From an uncultured Clostridium sp. (GTDB lineage: Bacteria; Bacillota; Clostridia; Christensenellales; CAG-138): a stretch of DNA of 64,000 nt. Shown here piece after piece: positions 1 to 11,005 of the stretch. A program made the position numbers and the translations under genes. Numbering within the stretch: position 1 is the stretch's first letter; each line of letters opens with the position of its first letter. Under the pieces are notes generated by a model that saw nothing but the letters and a program-made list of their open reading frames with translations, searched no databases and was not told the origin of the DNA. The stretch lies in the NCBI GenBank assembly GCA_964392455.1, contig CAYMPG010000008.1, positions 686 to 64,685 on the forward strand, in the 5' to 3' direction.

Positions 1-190
1 CATCTATTGGCAGGGAAGTATGCTTCCTCAGCGCCCTGCACATTTCATGGCCAAAGGTTATCTGGGGCACAAAGCTGCCATCCATCACATCAAAATGAAT
101 GTAATCAGCTCCCCATTTTTCGCAATCCTCAACGGCCTTCCCCATGTTGGCAAAATCCGCAGAAAGTATAGACGGTGCGACCTTAATCAT
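1..190 (-). CDS. rpe: Ribulose-phosphate 3-epimerase, N-terminal part (runs off window start)
   Basis: Manual translation from the ATG at 190 gives [17 protein letters not shown]...[20 protein letters not shown], with the Rpe SILSADF and H.DVMDG motifs. It overlaps the rsgA stop (ATGATTAA), matching the usual rsgA-rpe order. Not in the ORF track. Confidence 0.95.
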   Translation of the reverse strand, partial: MIKVAPSILSADFANMGKAVEDCEKWGADYIHFDVMDGSFVPQITFGHEMCRALRKHTSLPID

Positions 191-1061
191 ACCTGTGCCT
201 CCTTTTTTCCTTTAGCTCCTCCACAAATTTACAGTATCTTGAATAGCGTTCCGGGTGTATGCCGCTGCCCACCAGGGGCTTTATGCCGCAATCAGGCTCG
301 GTAATATGTACACACTCCGGAAATCTGCATTCGCCCGTATGCAGGCGCATTTCGGGATAATATCTGCATAGCTCCGCAGGCTCAAGCTCCGCAGCATCCA
401 GCAGGCTGAAGCCCGGAGTATCCAGCATGGCCCCACCACATACCTGCCACAGCTCTGCATGGCGGGTGGTATGCCTGCCCCTGTCTGTTTTTTCTGAAAG
501 GCCGCCCACTGCAAGGCCCAGCTCCGGCGCAAGGGCGTTCATCAAGGAGGACTTACCCACGGCAGACTGCCCGGCAAAGCAGCAGATATTGCTCTTTATC
601 TCTGCCCTGAGCTGCTCCATTCCCTCACCGGTATGTGCGGAAAGAGTAAGCACGGTGTACCCGCATGGGCCATACTGAGCCAGCACAGAGCTGCTTATTT
701 CTTCATCACGCTCGTCCCATTTATTGAGTATTATGACCGGGATTATGCCAGCTATCTCGCACTGCACCAGCAGCTTATCCGTAAGAAACAGATCCGGCTT
801 TGGCAGGGATGCCGCCATTACTATCATCAGCTTATCCACATTGGCCACGGCAGGGCGTATCAATATGTTTTTTCGCGGCATGATTTCAAGAAGATAACCC
901 TTATCTTCCTCCACCACTTCAAATGACACCATATCCCCCGGAACCGGAGAAGCGCCTATCTTTCTGAATTTTCCTCTGGCCTTGCAGACAAACTGGCCGT
1001 CATCCGTCATGACGGTATAAAAGCTGCCTATGCCTTTTATTATCCTGCCAATGCGCTCCAT
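183..1061 (-). CDS. rsgA: Ribosome small subunit-dependent GTPase A
   Basis: Circularly permuted GTPase motifs [18 protein letters not shown] and DTPGF, plus the C-terminal [14 protein letters not shown] zinc finger. Confidence 0.96.
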   Translation of the reverse strand: MERIGRIIKGIGSFYTVMTDDGQFVCKARGKFRKIGASPVPGDMVSFEVVEEDKGYLLEIMPRKNILIRPAVANVDKLMIVMAASLPKPDLFLTDKLLVQCEIAGIIPVIILNKWDERDEEISSSVLAQYGPCGYTVLTLSAHTGEGMEQLRAEIKSNICCFAGQSAVGKSSLMNALAPELGLAVGGLSEKTDRGRHTTRHAELWQVCGGAMLDTPGFSLLDAAELEPAELCRYYPEMRLHTGECRFPECVHITEPDCGIKPLVGSGIHPERYSRYCKFVEELKEKRRHRYD

Positions 1062-1063
1062 TA

Positions 1064-2914
1064 TTACCTCAGGGTAAAGTTTATCTCCATGCGCTTTACT
1101 TCAATGCCATCCACATATACAAGGCACTCTCTCAGCCCGGCTTCTCTTATATTTGCCGTAAAGGCCACAGGCTGCTGCTTGCCGTTTTTTATTTTTCCTT
1201 CGTACAGCACAAGCTCCACGCCGCTGTCCATCATCGCCGTAACTGTTACTGCCGATTCATCTGCCTCAATATCCAGATTGACCGCTATATCTGCACAGCA
1301 GTTTCCCGGATTTGATCTGCTTACCCATACCTCAGCCCTTGTGCCCTCGCCCACGCTCATATTTGCTGCGGGGGACTGCTGCTGCACGGTTTCATCTGTC
1401 ACACCCTCACCGGGCTCCACCACGTGCATCCATATGCGCGTTACCCTGCTCTCCTGAAGCATCCTGAGGGCGGTGGAGGTATCCTTGCCCACCACTGAGG
1501 GCATTTCTATCTGGGGCAGCTCACTGCCGCTTATCCATATATCCACCGACTCAAATTCGGATACACGGGTACTTGCATCAGGCACCTGACGTACTATCTG
1601 CCCGGCAGGTAAATCGGATGAAGGATCGTATCCTACGGCACCCATATTAAGGTTTTCCTCTGCCAGCAGCAAAGATGCCTCTGTTATGGTGCTGCCCGTT
1701 ATATCCGGCACTATGGCATAGCCGCTGCCTGAGCTCACCTCCACAGCTATGGTATCCCCCTCCTTGCCCCTGGCTCCATTAAGGGGGGACTGCTTAGTTA
1801 CCTGGCCTGCCGGAAACTCGGTGCTTATCACATAATCCGATACCTCCAGCTTAAAGCCCCTGAGCTCCGCAAGGCTTCTGGCCTCCTCAAGAGTTTTTCC
1901 TTCAAGGGAAGGCACGAGGAATTCCTCTCCTCTGCTTTTGCCATCCAGCATATGGCTGATAAGCGCTGCGCCTGTGATTATCAGTGCAATGCTCACTATT
2001 ACTACGGCAGAAAGTATTATCCCCTTGCTGCTTGGCTTTTTTTCTATGGGCTTACGCTTTGGTGCAAGCCTTGCAAAACGCCCTCTGGGCTCCTTCAGGG
2101 CCCTGAGAAGGTCTTTTTTCATATCGGCGGCGCTGTGATACCTGTCCGCAGGATCCTTTGCCGCTCCCTTCATGACAACATCGGACAATGCCTGGGATAT
2201 CCTGGGATTTACCTCGGCGGGGGGTATCATATCCTCCTGCAGATGCTTTAAGGCTACGGCAACAGTATTCTCCCCGGCAAAGGGCACGGTGCCTGTAAGC
2301 ATCTCGTATACCATTACGGCGCAGGAATATATATCGCTTTCCGCCGTAACGTCGTCTCCACGGGCCTGTTCAGGCGAAATATAATGAACCGAGCCTATGA
2401 CGTTTGTGCCGGCAAAGGTGCGGGTAGTGGCAGAGGCATCCCGGGCTATGCCGAAATCCGTAAGCTTTACGCTGCTGCCGGATATCATTACATTCTGCGG
2501 CTTTACATCCCGGTGTATTATTCCGTTTTCATGGGCGTGGCCCAGCGCATCCAGCACCTGATTGGCTATGTTTACAGCATCCCGTGAGGATATGCTTCCA
2601 CGTATTTTTATATACTCCTTGAGGGTCATGCCCTCAACGTATTCCAAGGTAATGTAGCTTACGCCGTTTTCATCGGTACCCGCATCATAGGATTGCACGA
2701 TATTTGGATGGGAAAGGGATATGACAGCGCTGGCTTCCCTCTCAAACCGGCGCAGGAACTCCCCATCGTCCCTGTGCTCATCCTTGAGCATTTTTATGGC
2801 AACTGTGGCCCCTGTTTTTTCATCATGGGCCTTGTATACGTTTGCCATGCCGCCCGAGCCTATCAGCCCCTCCAGACGGTATCGCCCGGCAAAAAGTTCC
2901 TGATTCATGGTCAT
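1064..2914 (-). CDS. prkC: Membrane Ser/Thr kinase with PASTA domains (PrkC/PknB family)
   Basis: GSGGMANVY, HRDVKPQN, DFGIA and SPEQARG motifs, a TM helix and three PASTA-like repeats. Adjacent to a PP2C phosphatase. Confidence 0.95.
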   Translation of the reverse strand: MTMNQELFAGRYRLEGLIGSGGMANVYKAHDEKTGATVAIKMLKDEHRDDGEFLRRFEREASAVISLSHPNIVQSYDAGTDENGVSYITLEYVEGMTLKEYIKIRGSISSRDAVNIANQVLDALGHAHENGIIHRDVKPQNVMISGSSVKLTDFGIARDASATTRTFAGTNVIGSVHYISPEQARGDDVTAESDIYSCAVMVYEMLTGTVPFAGENTVAVALKHLQEDMIPPAEVNPRISQALSDVVMKGAAKDPADRYHSAADMKKDLLRALKEPRGRFARLAPKRKPIEKKPSSKGIILSAVVIVSIALIITGAALISHMLDGKSRGEEFLVPSLEGKTLEEARSLAELRGFKLEVSDYVISTEFPAGQVTKQSPLNGARGKEGDTIAVEVSSGSGYAIVPDITGSTITEASLLLAEENLNMGAVGYDPSSDLPAGQIVRQVPDASTRVSEFESVDIWISGSELPQIEMPSVVGKDTSTALRMLQESRVTRIWMHVVEPGEGVTDETVQQQSPAANMSVGEGTRAEVWVSRSNPGNCCADIAVNLDIEADESAVTVTAMMDSGVELVLYEGKIKNGKQQPVAFTANIREAGLRECLVYVDGIEVKRMEINFTLR

Positions 2915-3624
2915 ACCTCGTTAAGTATCAGCGCTGCGCTGATGTTATCCGTGGAGCCTCCGTAAAGGGCCTCCGTCACCAGCCTGTTACAGGCCTCGTC
3001 AAGCTCAGCCTCCTCTGAGAGGATGCGGGCTATATCCCTTTCTCCCAGAGCCGAATGCAGCCCATCTGAGCATAGCAGCAGAATATCGCCTGCCTGCCAG
3101 TCATTGCGGAATATATCTGCGGCTTCTTTTTCCGATGTACCTATGGCACGGGTTATCACATTGCGCCTTGGATGCACCGCCGCCTGGGCAGGGGTAATAT
3201 ACCCCGCCTCCACAAGCTCCTGCACATATGAATGATCCCGGCTGACCTGGGCTATTTCACCATTATGAAAATGATATATGCGGCTGTCGCCAATATTGGC
3301 CGCAACATAATGGCTCACAAAGGGCATTACCAGCACAGCCGTGGTGCCCATGCCCCGTAATTCGCTATTCTGTCTGGATGCGGCATACACCGCCCCATTG
3401 GCAGCCTCTATGGCCCTCTCCATTAGCTTTTCTGGAGCTGCGCCGCCTTTTTTTATTTCCTCTGCCATAACCTTTACAGCCAGTGCGCTGGCAGTTTCTC
3501 CCGCCCTGTGTCCGCCCATGCCATCGGCCACGATAGCAAGGGGTACCTCGCTGTGGGCAGGAATAAATACACAATCTTCATTGTGTTCCCGCTTTCCCTT
3601 TTCAGTCAGGGCGCAGTATCTCAT
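2911..3624 (-). CDS. prpC: PP2C-family Ser/Thr phosphatase (Stp/PrpC)
   Basis: NED, VADGMGGH, NIGDSRIY, LLCSDGL and DNIS motifs. Confidence 0.94.
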   Translation of the reverse strand: MRYCALTEKGKREHNEDCVFIPAHSEVPLAIVADGMGGHRAGETASALAVKVMAEEIKKGGAAPEKLMERAIEAANGAVYAASRQNSELRGMGTTAVLVMPFVSHYVAANIGDSRIYHFHNGEIAQVSRDHSYVQELVEAGYITPAQAAVHPRRNVITRAIGTSEKEAADIFRNDWQAGDILLLCSDGLHSALGERDIARILSEEAELDEACNRLVTEALYGGSTDNISAALILNEV

Positions 3625-4676
3625 CTGCTTTCCTCCATGGTTCCCTGCAGAGTTTTCCGCCTAAGCTGGCCGCAGGCTCCCTCTATATCAGAGCCCATCT
3701 CCCGGCGCACCGTGGCAGATATGCCGTATTCCTCCAGCCATTCCACAAACTGCTCCGCATCCCTGCGGGTCACGCCCATAAGATTCCGCTCCTCCACGTG
3801 ATTGAGCGGAATAAGGTTTACATGGCAGTTTATGCCCCTCAGCCTCGATGCAAGCTCCCTTGCATCCTGACGGGAGGAGTTAACGTCCTTAATGAGAGCA
3901 TATTCAAATATGACCCGCCGCCCGGTCTCATCTGCATACAGCTTTGCAGCATTGAGCAGCTCGCCCATTGGATAGCGGCGGTTTACAGGCATGATTCTAT
4001 TGCGCGTATCGTCATTTGGCGCATGGAGGGATACGGACAGGGTAACGTGAGGCGCTTCCTTAGTGAAGCGCAGCAGCTCAGGCACCAGCCCGCAGGTGGA
4101 AATGGATATATTTCTGGGGCTTATATTCATTCCCTCCGGGGCGGATACCAGCCTTAGAAACTTTACCACCTCTTCGTAGTTATCCAGCGGCTCGCCGCTG
4201 CCCATGAGTACGATATTTGTAACGGTGCGTTTCCTGTCCTGACCATGAGGCACATCCTTTTCGGCGCAGGCAAGAAAGCTCAGCATTTCCCCCGCCTCAA
4301 GATTGCGAACACAGCCCTCAAGGGTGGAAGCGCAGAAAGCACAGCCCATGCGGCAGCCCACCTGAGTGGATATGCACATGGTATTGCCGTAGTGGTAGCT
4401 CATGAGCACCCCTTCGACTATATTGCCATCCTCAAGCTGAAAGAGGTACTTTATGGTGCCATCCTTTGCGGAAATGCGCTTATCGTATATCTTTGCGCCG
4501 CCATATTTGAGCTGAGACAGCTTTTCCCTGAGCGCCTTGGAGAGATTTGTCATCTCATCCGGCCTTGCGCCCCTGCTCAGCCACTCAAATACCTGGCGAG
4601 CCCTGAATTTGGGCTCCCCCAGCTCTGCCATGAGCTCAGTAAGCTCAGCTATGGACATGGAAGTAAGTCCGCTCAT
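3621..4676 (-). CDS. rlmN: 23S rRNA m2A2503 / tRNA m2A37 radical SAM methyltransferase
   Basis: CISTQVGCRMGCAFCAS, MGSGEP and DIEGACGQL motifs. Confidence 0.95.
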   Translation of the reverse strand: MSGLTSMSIAELTELMAELGEPKFRARQVFEWLSRGARPDEMTNLSKALREKLSQLKYGGAKIYDKRISAKDGTIKYLFQLEDGNIVEGVLMSYHYGNTMCISTQVGCRMGCAFCASTLEGCVRNLEAGEMLSFLACAEKDVPHGQDRKRTVTNIVLMGSGEPLDNYEEVVKFLRLVSAPEGMNISPRNISISTCGLVPELLRFTKEAPHVTLSVSLHAPNDDTRNRIMPVNRRYPMGELLNAAKLYADETGRRVIFEYALIKDVNSSRQDARELASRLRGINCHVNLIPLNHVEERNLMGVTRRDAEQFVEWLEEYGISATVRREMGSDIEGACGQLRRKTLQGTMEESR

Positions 4677-4681
4677 TTATA

Positions 4682-5989
4682 TCAGGCTCTCCTTACCAGC
4701 TTTGCAATAAAGAATCCTTCGGTATCATCCATATGTGGGAAAAGCTGCAGCATACAGCCTCCCTGTATCCTGCGCCACATTACCATGGGCAGCAGCCCAT
4801 CCAGCCCTCCCGGCTGATATTCCGGGTGTCTTTCCAGAAAGCTGTTTATCTGCTGCTGGTTTTCCCGTGACGATATGGTGCAGGTGGCGTACACCAGTAC
4901 GCCTCCCGGCTTCACATAGCCTGCACAGGCATCAAGTATGCGGCTCTGAAGTGCTGCAAGCTCGGTGATTATTTCATCGCTCTTTGCATAGCGTGCATCC
5001 GGCTTACCCGGCACGCCAAGGCCGGAGCAGGGCGCATCTATCAGCACTCTGTCATAGGCTGCATCATACTCAGGATAATGAACTGATGCATCCTTTATGG
5101 ATATATTTGCCTTTACGCCCAGCCGCTCAAAGGTGCGCTTCATAAGCTCAGCACGATGCTCATGCAGCTCCCAGGAATCTATTGAAATGTCATTTTGGGC
5201 CATGCTGGCAATATATGCGCTCTTTCCTCCCGGCGCCGCACAGCTATCCAGCACCTTCATGCCGGCTTTCGCCTCCAGCGCCCTGCATACAAGCATTGCA
5301 CTTTCGCTCTGCACGGTAATGCGCCCCTCTTTAAAGAGAGGCTCCCGGGTCACATCCATGCCAGCCTCAAGGTGAAATGCATCGCTGCACAGCTCGCCCC
5401 TTGTAAAGGCCAACTCCCGGCTGCCAAGCTCCCTTTCAAGAAGCTCTGATGAGTATGGATGCTGGGCCCTTATGGTCATATGGTGAGCATCCGCTGCGGA
5501 AAGCATGGCCTCTGTAAAGCTGACGCCGTAGCTTGCCATGTATTCCCTTACAATATACTCCGGGTAGCTGTACTGGAGAGACAGCCGCTTCAACGGCTCC
5601 TCGGGCAGCGGCGGCAGGCTTTGCTTATTTCGGCATATATTTCTCATAACGCCATTCACATAGCCTGCAAGGGCGCCCTTGCCCACTTCCTTTGCGAGGT
5701 TTACGCTTTCATTGCAGGCAGCGCTGTCTGGCACATCCATATACAGCGCCTGACACACGCCCATGCGGAGTATACCGCGTATTTCAGGCTTCAGCCTGCC
5801 CTTTGCATAGGCGGCGATAATATGGTCAATATACAAAAGGTGATCGAGGGTGGTGTATACGGCTGCACTCACCCATTTTGCATCCCGCTCCTCCAATCCG
5901 CCCAGTGCGGATTTAAGAGCAAGGTTTGCATAGGCGCCCCTGTCGGTTATATCCATAAGAGCCTCAAGGGCTATCCTTCTTACGGTCAT
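4682..5989 (-). CDS. rsmB: 16S rRNA m5C967 methyltransferase RsmB/Sun
   Basis: NusB-like N-terminus, then DSCAAPGGKS, DAPCSGLG and LVYATCT motifs. Confidence 0.94.
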   Translation of the reverse strand: MTVRRIALEALMDITDRGAYANLALKSALGGLEERDAKWVSAAVYTTLDHLLYIDHIIAAYAKGRLKPEIRGILRMGVCQALYMDVPDSAACNESVNLAKEVGKGALAGYVNGVMRNICRNKQSLPPLPEEPLKRLSLQYSYPEYIVREYMASYGVSFTEAMLSAADAHHMTIRAQHPYSSELLERELGSRELAFTRGELCSDAFHLEAGMDVTREPLFKEGRITVQSESAMLVCRALEAKAGMKVLDSCAAPGGKSAYIASMAQNDISIDSWELHEHRAELMKRTFERLGVKANISIKDASVHYPEYDAAYDRVLIDAPCSGLGVPGKPDARYAKSDEIITELAALQSRILDACAGYVKPGGVLVYATCTISSRENQQQINSFLERHPEYQPGGLDGLLPMVMWRRIQGGCMLQLFPHMDDTEGFFIAKLVRRA

Positions 5990-6915
5990 ACGCCGAATGC
6001 CTTTCCTTCAAGTGGATGGCCAAGCACAGCCGCCTTTGCGCTCATGCGCTTTGCGCCGGAAAACTGAAGCTCGGTTATCTCTATGAGTTCATCGGCCGTT
6101 TGTACGAAAACACCCTTCTTAGGGTCTGCCACCACGCACAGGCCGGGGGTTCCCTGGCATTTTTCGCCGGTTTTACGGGTCTCCCATATTTTTACATCTG
6201 CGCCGTCAAGCGATGTAAACGCAGCAGGCCACGGGTTCATGCCCCTGACCTTATCATGTATCTGCTGAGCGGTCATGGAGAAATCCAGCCTGCCCATTTC
6301 TTTTTTTATCATGCCGCAGGTTGTGGCTGCCTCATGGTCCTGGGGCACAGGATGCAGTGTGCCATCCATCAGCCCCTGAATCGTTTCCTCCAGAAGCTCT
6401 GCGCCCATTACAGCAAGCCTGTCAAAAAGCTGTCCTGCGGTTTCGTTTTCGCCTATTGGGGTCTCCCGCTTAAGGAGTATATCGCCTGTATCCAGCCCCA
6501 CATCCGTAAGCATGGTGGTAACGCCGGTTATACTGTCGCCATTGATTACGCTCCACTGTATGGGGGCAGCTCCTCTGAGCTTTGGCAGGAGGCTGCCGTG
6601 CACATTTATGCAGCCGTATTTGGGTATGGCAAGGTTTTCTGCGGAAAGAATCTGGCCAAAGGCAGCCGTTACCATAAGCTCCGGAGCGAATTCCTTTAGC
6701 GCTGCAACGCCCTCAGGGGTACGTATCTTTTCAAACTGATACACGGGAATATTGTATTTTTGCGCCAGTACCTTGGTTGGAGGCGGAGTAAGCTCTCCCT
6801 TTCGACCCTTTGGCCTGTCGGGATTTGTGAAAAGGGCAAGGGTATGCCCCCTGTCTATAAGCATCTGAAAGGATGGTACTGCAAAATCAGGCGTGCCGAG
6901 AAAGGCTATCCTCAT
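5986..6915 (-). CDS. fmt: Methionyl-tRNA formyltransferase
   Basis: FLGTPDFA, INVHGSLLP.LRGAAPIQ and LDTGDI motifs. Follows def. Confidence 0.96.
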   Translation of the reverse strand: MRIAFLGTPDFAVPSFQMLIDRGHTLALFTNPDRPKGRKGELTPPPTKVLAQKYNIPVYQFEKIRTPEGVAALKEFAPELMVTAAFGQILSAENLAIPKYGCINVHGSLLPKLRGAAPIQWSVINGDSITGVTTMLTDVGLDTGDILLKRETPIGENETAGQLFDRLAVMGAELLEETIQGLMDGTLHPVPQDHEAATTCGMIKKEMGRLDFSMTAQQIHDKVRGMNPWPAAFTSLDGADVKIWETRKTGEKCQGTPGLCVVADPKKGVFVQTADELIEITELQFSGAKRMSAKAAVLGHPLEGKAFGV

Positions 6916-7394
6916 GCTTCTTCCTCCTCCGTCTCCTCTGTATAGCCCTCGGGGGGCTCAGTTATAAGGCGGGTATAAACAAGACCTTCAAGATGATCGT
7001 ATTCATGGAGCATGGCGCGGGCAAAAAGCCCCTCTCCTTCGTATTCGTAAAGGTCGCCATGCCTGTCATAGGCCTGCATCTTTACATAATTCGGCCGCAC
7101 CACATAGCCGCTCTTTCCCGGGAAGGAAAGGCAGCCCTCAAAGCAGCCCTGCTCGCCCGAGGTCTCAATGAGCTCGGGGTTTACCATTTCAACGAGGCCA
7201 TCGCCGCAGTCTATAACAAAGGCACGGCGCAGTATGCCAATCTGGGGCGCAGCAAGACCAACGCCGTCAGCCGCATACATCGTATCCGCCATATCGTCAA
7301 GCAGCTCCTTGAGCTTGCGGTCAAACTTATCTACCGGACGGCACTTTTTATAAAGGCAAGTGGCGTCATCACGAAATATCTGTCTTTTTGCCAT
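6912..7394 (-). CDS. def: Peptide deformylase (start placed at MAKRQIF)
   Basis: GVGLAAPQIG, EGCLS and HEYDHLEG motifs. Confidence 0.95.
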   Translation of the reverse strand: MAKRQIFRDDATCLYKKCRPVDKFDRKLKELLDDMADTMYAADGVGLAAPQIGILRRAFVIDCGDGLVEMVNPELIETSGEQGCFEGCLSFPGKSGYVVRPNYVKMQAYDRHGDLYEYEGEGLFARAMLHEYDHLEGLVYTRLITEPPEGYTEETEEEEA

Positions 7395-7498
7395 GGTTAT
7401 CTTGTGTAGCTCCTTCAAGGGTTTATCAGTTTATTATAGACCTTTGCCGCCTGATAAGGCAAGCAATATATAAAGTTGACTCGTACACCTGTACGATA

Positions 7499-9757
7499 TT
7501 ACAACATATCGCCGGGATTCAGCTCCAGCGAGTAGAAGTATTCAGACCGGTGATCATTTGCATAGGAGTAAAGGGTTTCTATCACCCTGGATGTATGGCT
7601 GGTGCGGGCCAGCTTCAGCACTATCTGCATGCGATATTGGCCCAGCTTGCGCTTTATTGGCGCATCGCCGCAGGTCATATACAAAAGCTCCCGGTCATCC
7701 GCTTCCTGCTCCTTTAGTGCATTAAGCACCGCCTGATACAGCCCCTGTGCAAAGCTATCCGCCGCCTGCTCAAGGGGGGCTCTGTCTCCAGATGCAAAAA
7801 GTATCCTTACGAAAAGCGAATAGGGCGGAAACAGCGCAGCCCTACGCATGGCGATTTCATAATCAAAAAAGCCCTTGTAATCATGCCTGGAAGCAAGCAC
7901 TACGGCAGGATGCTCAGGGTCATATGTCTGCACTATCACCCTGCCATTGCCCGCAGCCCTGCCCGCCCGGCCTGCCACCTGGGTAAGCAGCTGAAAAGAG
8001 CGCTCGCAGCTTCTGTAATCCGGTATATGCAGCGAAGCATCCGCCGCAATTACCCCCACCACGGATACTCCCGGCATATCCAGTCCCTTTGCCACCATCT
8101 GCGTACCTATGAGCACCTGCGCTTCTCCCTTTGCAAAGGCGGAAAGTATGCCGTAATGGGAATCCTTGGTGCGGGTGGTATCCGCATCCATCCTCAGGCA
8201 GGTAACTCCGGGGAAGTATTCATTGAGCTGCTCCTCCACCTGCTGGGTACCAATTCCAAAATACTTCAAATAAGGCTTGCCGCACTCGGGGCATACCCTT
8301 GGGATAGGCTTTACGCTACCGCAGTAATGGCACTTCATGGTGTTTTCCAGCTTGTGGTAGGTCATGGAAACATCACAATTATCGCACTTGAATACATACC
8401 CGCAGCCCCTGCAGGATACAAAGGTGGAATATCCCCGCCTGTTCATAAACAGTATCGCCTGCTCTCCCCTGTCAAAGCAGCCCTCCAGCGCCTCATGAAG
8501 CGGGCCGCTGAAGATGGTGGTATTGCCGGCGGCAAATTCATTCCGCATATCCACTATCTCCACCTTTGGCATTGGGAGGCCGTTTATCCTCTCCGGCATT
8601 TCCAGCAGAGTGTATTTCCCCTTTTTTGCCCTGAGATAGCTGGATATGGAAGGTGTGGCACTGCCTAAAAGCAGGGCACCGCCGCTGTATTTACACCGCT
8701 GCCTTGCCACCTCTATGGCATTATACCTTGGGGTGATCTCTGAGGAATAGGATTGCTCATGCTCCTCGTCTACCACTATCAGCTTTATATTTTCCAGCGG
8801 AGCAAATACTGCGCTTCTTGCACCCAGCACCACCTTTGCCCTGCCAAGACGTATCCTGCGCCATTCGTCATACCGTTCTCCGGGGGAAAGACGGCTGTGC
8901 AGCACCGCAACGCTATTGCCAAATCGCCCACGGAATCTATCCACCGCCTGAGGAGTAAGGGATATTTCAGGCACCAGCACTATAGCGGTGCCTCCCATTT
9001 CCAGAGCCCCGGCTATGGCCTGCATATATACCTCTGTTTTGCCGGAGCCGGTAACTCCATGGAGCAGCAGCTCACCTCCGCTGCCCTCCATTGCGGTAAT
9101 CACCGCATCCAGCGCATTCTGCTGCTGGGCGGATAAGGGCAGAGGTATGGTTTTTGTTATGCTCCTGCCTGCATATGGGTCACGATAGGTTTCACGGCCT
9201 ATCTCCACTATGTATCCCTTTTGCAATAGCGCCCTTATGGCAGCAGCCGCTCCCGGAATAAAAGCGCATATATCACCTGTGCTCATCTCCATGGCGGATT
9301 CAGCAAGGAGGGTATATATTTCATATTGCTTTGGAGACCTTGGAGTGCCGTCCTTTTTCAGCAGAGAATCCAGCACCTTTTTGCTGTCCATATCGCCGTT
9401 TGTTTTTACGGTGCGTATGGTTTTTTCCTTTACCCGTCCTCCCCTTAGCTGGGCGGGTATCATCAGGCGCAGGGCGTCCACAAGGAGGCAATTATAGCTC
9501 TGCTTTATCCAGTACGCAAGACGTATCTGCTCCGGGGTGAGCACGGTATACGGCTCCATCGGCCTTATTATGGACTTGAGGGCAATATTCCCATCGTAGC
9601 TGTCCTTCACATCCAGCACAAAGCCCTCTACAGTCTTATTGCCCGCACCAAAAGGAACCAGTACCCGCTGGCCCCTGGCAATATCCTCCTCCGCCCGGTA
9701 TGTAAACAGCCTGTCTACGCTGCTGTGGGCTATGTCAACTATCACCTGTGCGAACAA
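7499..9757 (-). CDS. priA: Primosomal protein N' (replication restart helicase)
   Basis: GVTGSGKTEVY, DEEH and QVAGRAGR motifs and the four CxxC cysteine-rich region. Confidence 0.96.
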   Translation of the reverse strand: MFAQVIVDIAHSSVDRLFTYRAEEDIARGQRVLVPFGAGNKTVEGFVLDVKDSYDGNIALKSIIRPMEPYTVLTPEQIRLAYWIKQSYNCLLVDALRLMIPAQLRGGRVKEKTIRTVKTNGDMDSKKVLDSLLKKDGTPRSPKQYEIYTLLAESAMEMSTGDICAFIPGAAAAIRALLQKGYIVEIGRETYRDPYAGRSITKTIPLPLSAQQQNALDAVITAMEGSGGELLLHGVTGSGKTEVYMQAIAGALEMGGTAIVLVPEISLTPQAVDRFRGRFGNSVAVLHSRLSPGERYDEWRRIRLGRAKVVLGARSAVFAPLENIKLIVVDEEHEQSYSSEITPRYNAIEVARQRCKYSGGALLLGSATPSISSYLRAKKGKYTLLEMPERINGLPMPKVEIVDMRNEFAAGNTTIFSGPLHEALEGCFDRGEQAILFMNRRGYSTFVSCRGCGYVFKCDNCDVSMTYHKLENTMKCHYCGSVKPIPRVCPECGKPYLKYFGIGTQQVEEQLNEYFPGVTCLRMDADTTRTKDSHYGILSAFAKGEAQVLIGTQMVAKGLDMPGVSVVGVIAADASLHIPDYRSCERSFQLLTQVAGRAGRAAGNGRVIVQTYDPEHPAVVLASRHDYKGFFDYEIAMRRAALFPPYSLFVRILFASGDRAPLEQAADSFAQGLYQAVLNALKEQEADDRELLYMTCGDAPIKRKLGQYRMQIVLKLARTSHTSRVIETLYSYANDHRSEYFYSLELNPGDML

Positions 9758-9829
9758 ATCTGTGTCTTTCTCCTTATCCTGCCCATATAAAAAATTTGGG
9801 AGAAGCGTACACCTCTCCCTGCTATTTTT

Positions 9830-11005
9830 TTATTTCACAAGCCTGTCCAGCAGCCAATCCGCCGCTGCACGCTTTGTCAGCTTTCCGCTGTGCTCCTCAG
9901 AGCCATCTGCCTCATAAAGGGTGATGATGTTGGTATCCACGCCAAACCCTGCGTCCTTTGCGGAAACGTCATTTGCGGCAATAAAATCCAGATTCTTTGC
10001 GCTGAGCTTTTTCAGGGCGTTTTCCCTGAGGTTTTCTGTCTCGGCGGCAAAGCCCATGACCTTTCTTTTGCCCTTATTTGGCGCCACGGTCTTAAGTATA
10101 TCTCTGGTGGAGGTAAGCTCAAGGGTCATGCCGCTGCCCTGTTTTTTTATCTTTTCCTCCGCCACGTTTATAGGAGTAAAATCCGCAGGAGCCGCCGCCA
10201 TTATAAGGGCATCGCAATAATTAAACTGCTCTGTCACGGCATCGCAAAGCTCCCCTGAGGATACTATATCTATCCGCTTTACACCCTCGGGCGTTTTCAG
10301 GCTCACAGGGCCGCTTATGAGAGTCACCTCAGCGCCACGCTCTGCCGCAGCCTCGGCTATGGCATAGCCCATCTTGCCGGAGGAATGATTGGTAATGTAG
10401 CGCACAGGGTCTATGGCCTCTCTGGTTGGGCCTGCCGTTACCAGCACCTTCATGCCCTCCATATCCCGGCGCACATTGAGCTTTGCCAAAACGGCCTGGA
10501 TTATGTCCTGCACATCCGCAAGCCTGCCAATTCCCTCATCACCGCAGGCAAGGCGGCCTGACCCGGGGGCAATAAACTCGCAGCCCCGCTCCGTAAGCTT
10601 CTGCATATTTTCCTGAGTGGCGGGATTAAGGTACATATTGGAATTCATAGCGGGAGCTATGAACACAGGGGCTCTGGTTGCCATTACGGTGGTGGTGAGC
10701 ATATCATCCGCTATGCCTGAGGCCATCTTGCCGATAAAGTTCGCCGTGGCCGGGGCAACAAGAAACAGATCCGCCTGCTTCGCAAGGGATATATGCTCCA
10801 CTTCCCATGGGTTTTCCCTGCTGAACATATCCGTTACCACAGGATTTGCACTCATGGTCTCAAGGGCCAGCGGAGTAATTATCTCTGCGCCTGCCCTGGT
10901 AAGTATCACGCGCACATCAACGCCCTTTTTACGAAGGCCGCTGATTATGTCGCATGCCTTATATGCTGCGATGGAGCCTGTAACTCCCATCACCACATGC
11001 TTCAT
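9830..11005 (-). CDS. coaBC: Phosphopantothenoylcysteine decarboxylase / phosphopantothenate-cysteine ligase
   Basis: GVTGSIAAYK, PAMNSNM, LACGDEGIGR and TAGPTREAIDPVRYITNHSSGKMG motifs. Confidence 0.96.
   Translation of the reverse strand: MKHVVMGVTGSIAAYKACDIISGLRKKGVDVRVILTRAGAEIITPLALETMSANPVVTDMFSRENPWEVEHISLAKQADLFLVAPATANFIGKMASGIADDMLTTTVMATRAPVFIAPAMNSNMYLNPATQENMQKLTERGCEFIAPGSGRLACGDEGIGRLADVQDIIQAVLAKLNVRRDMEGMKVLVTAGPTREAIDPVRYITNHSSGKMGYAIAEAAAERGAEVTLISGPVSLKTPEGVKRIDIVSSGELCDAVTEQFNYCDALIMAAAPADFTPINVAEEKIKKQGSGMTLELTSTRDILKTVAPNKGKRKVMGFAAETENLRENALKKLSAKNLDFIAANDVSAKDAGFGVDTNIITLYEADGSEEHSGKLTKRAAADWLLDRLVK

Noticed and set aside
7481-7496. Palindrome tcgtac-acct-gtacga between priA and def
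   Set aside because: SOS-box-like spacing but GTAC half-sites rather than GAAC/GTTC; too short to support a call.
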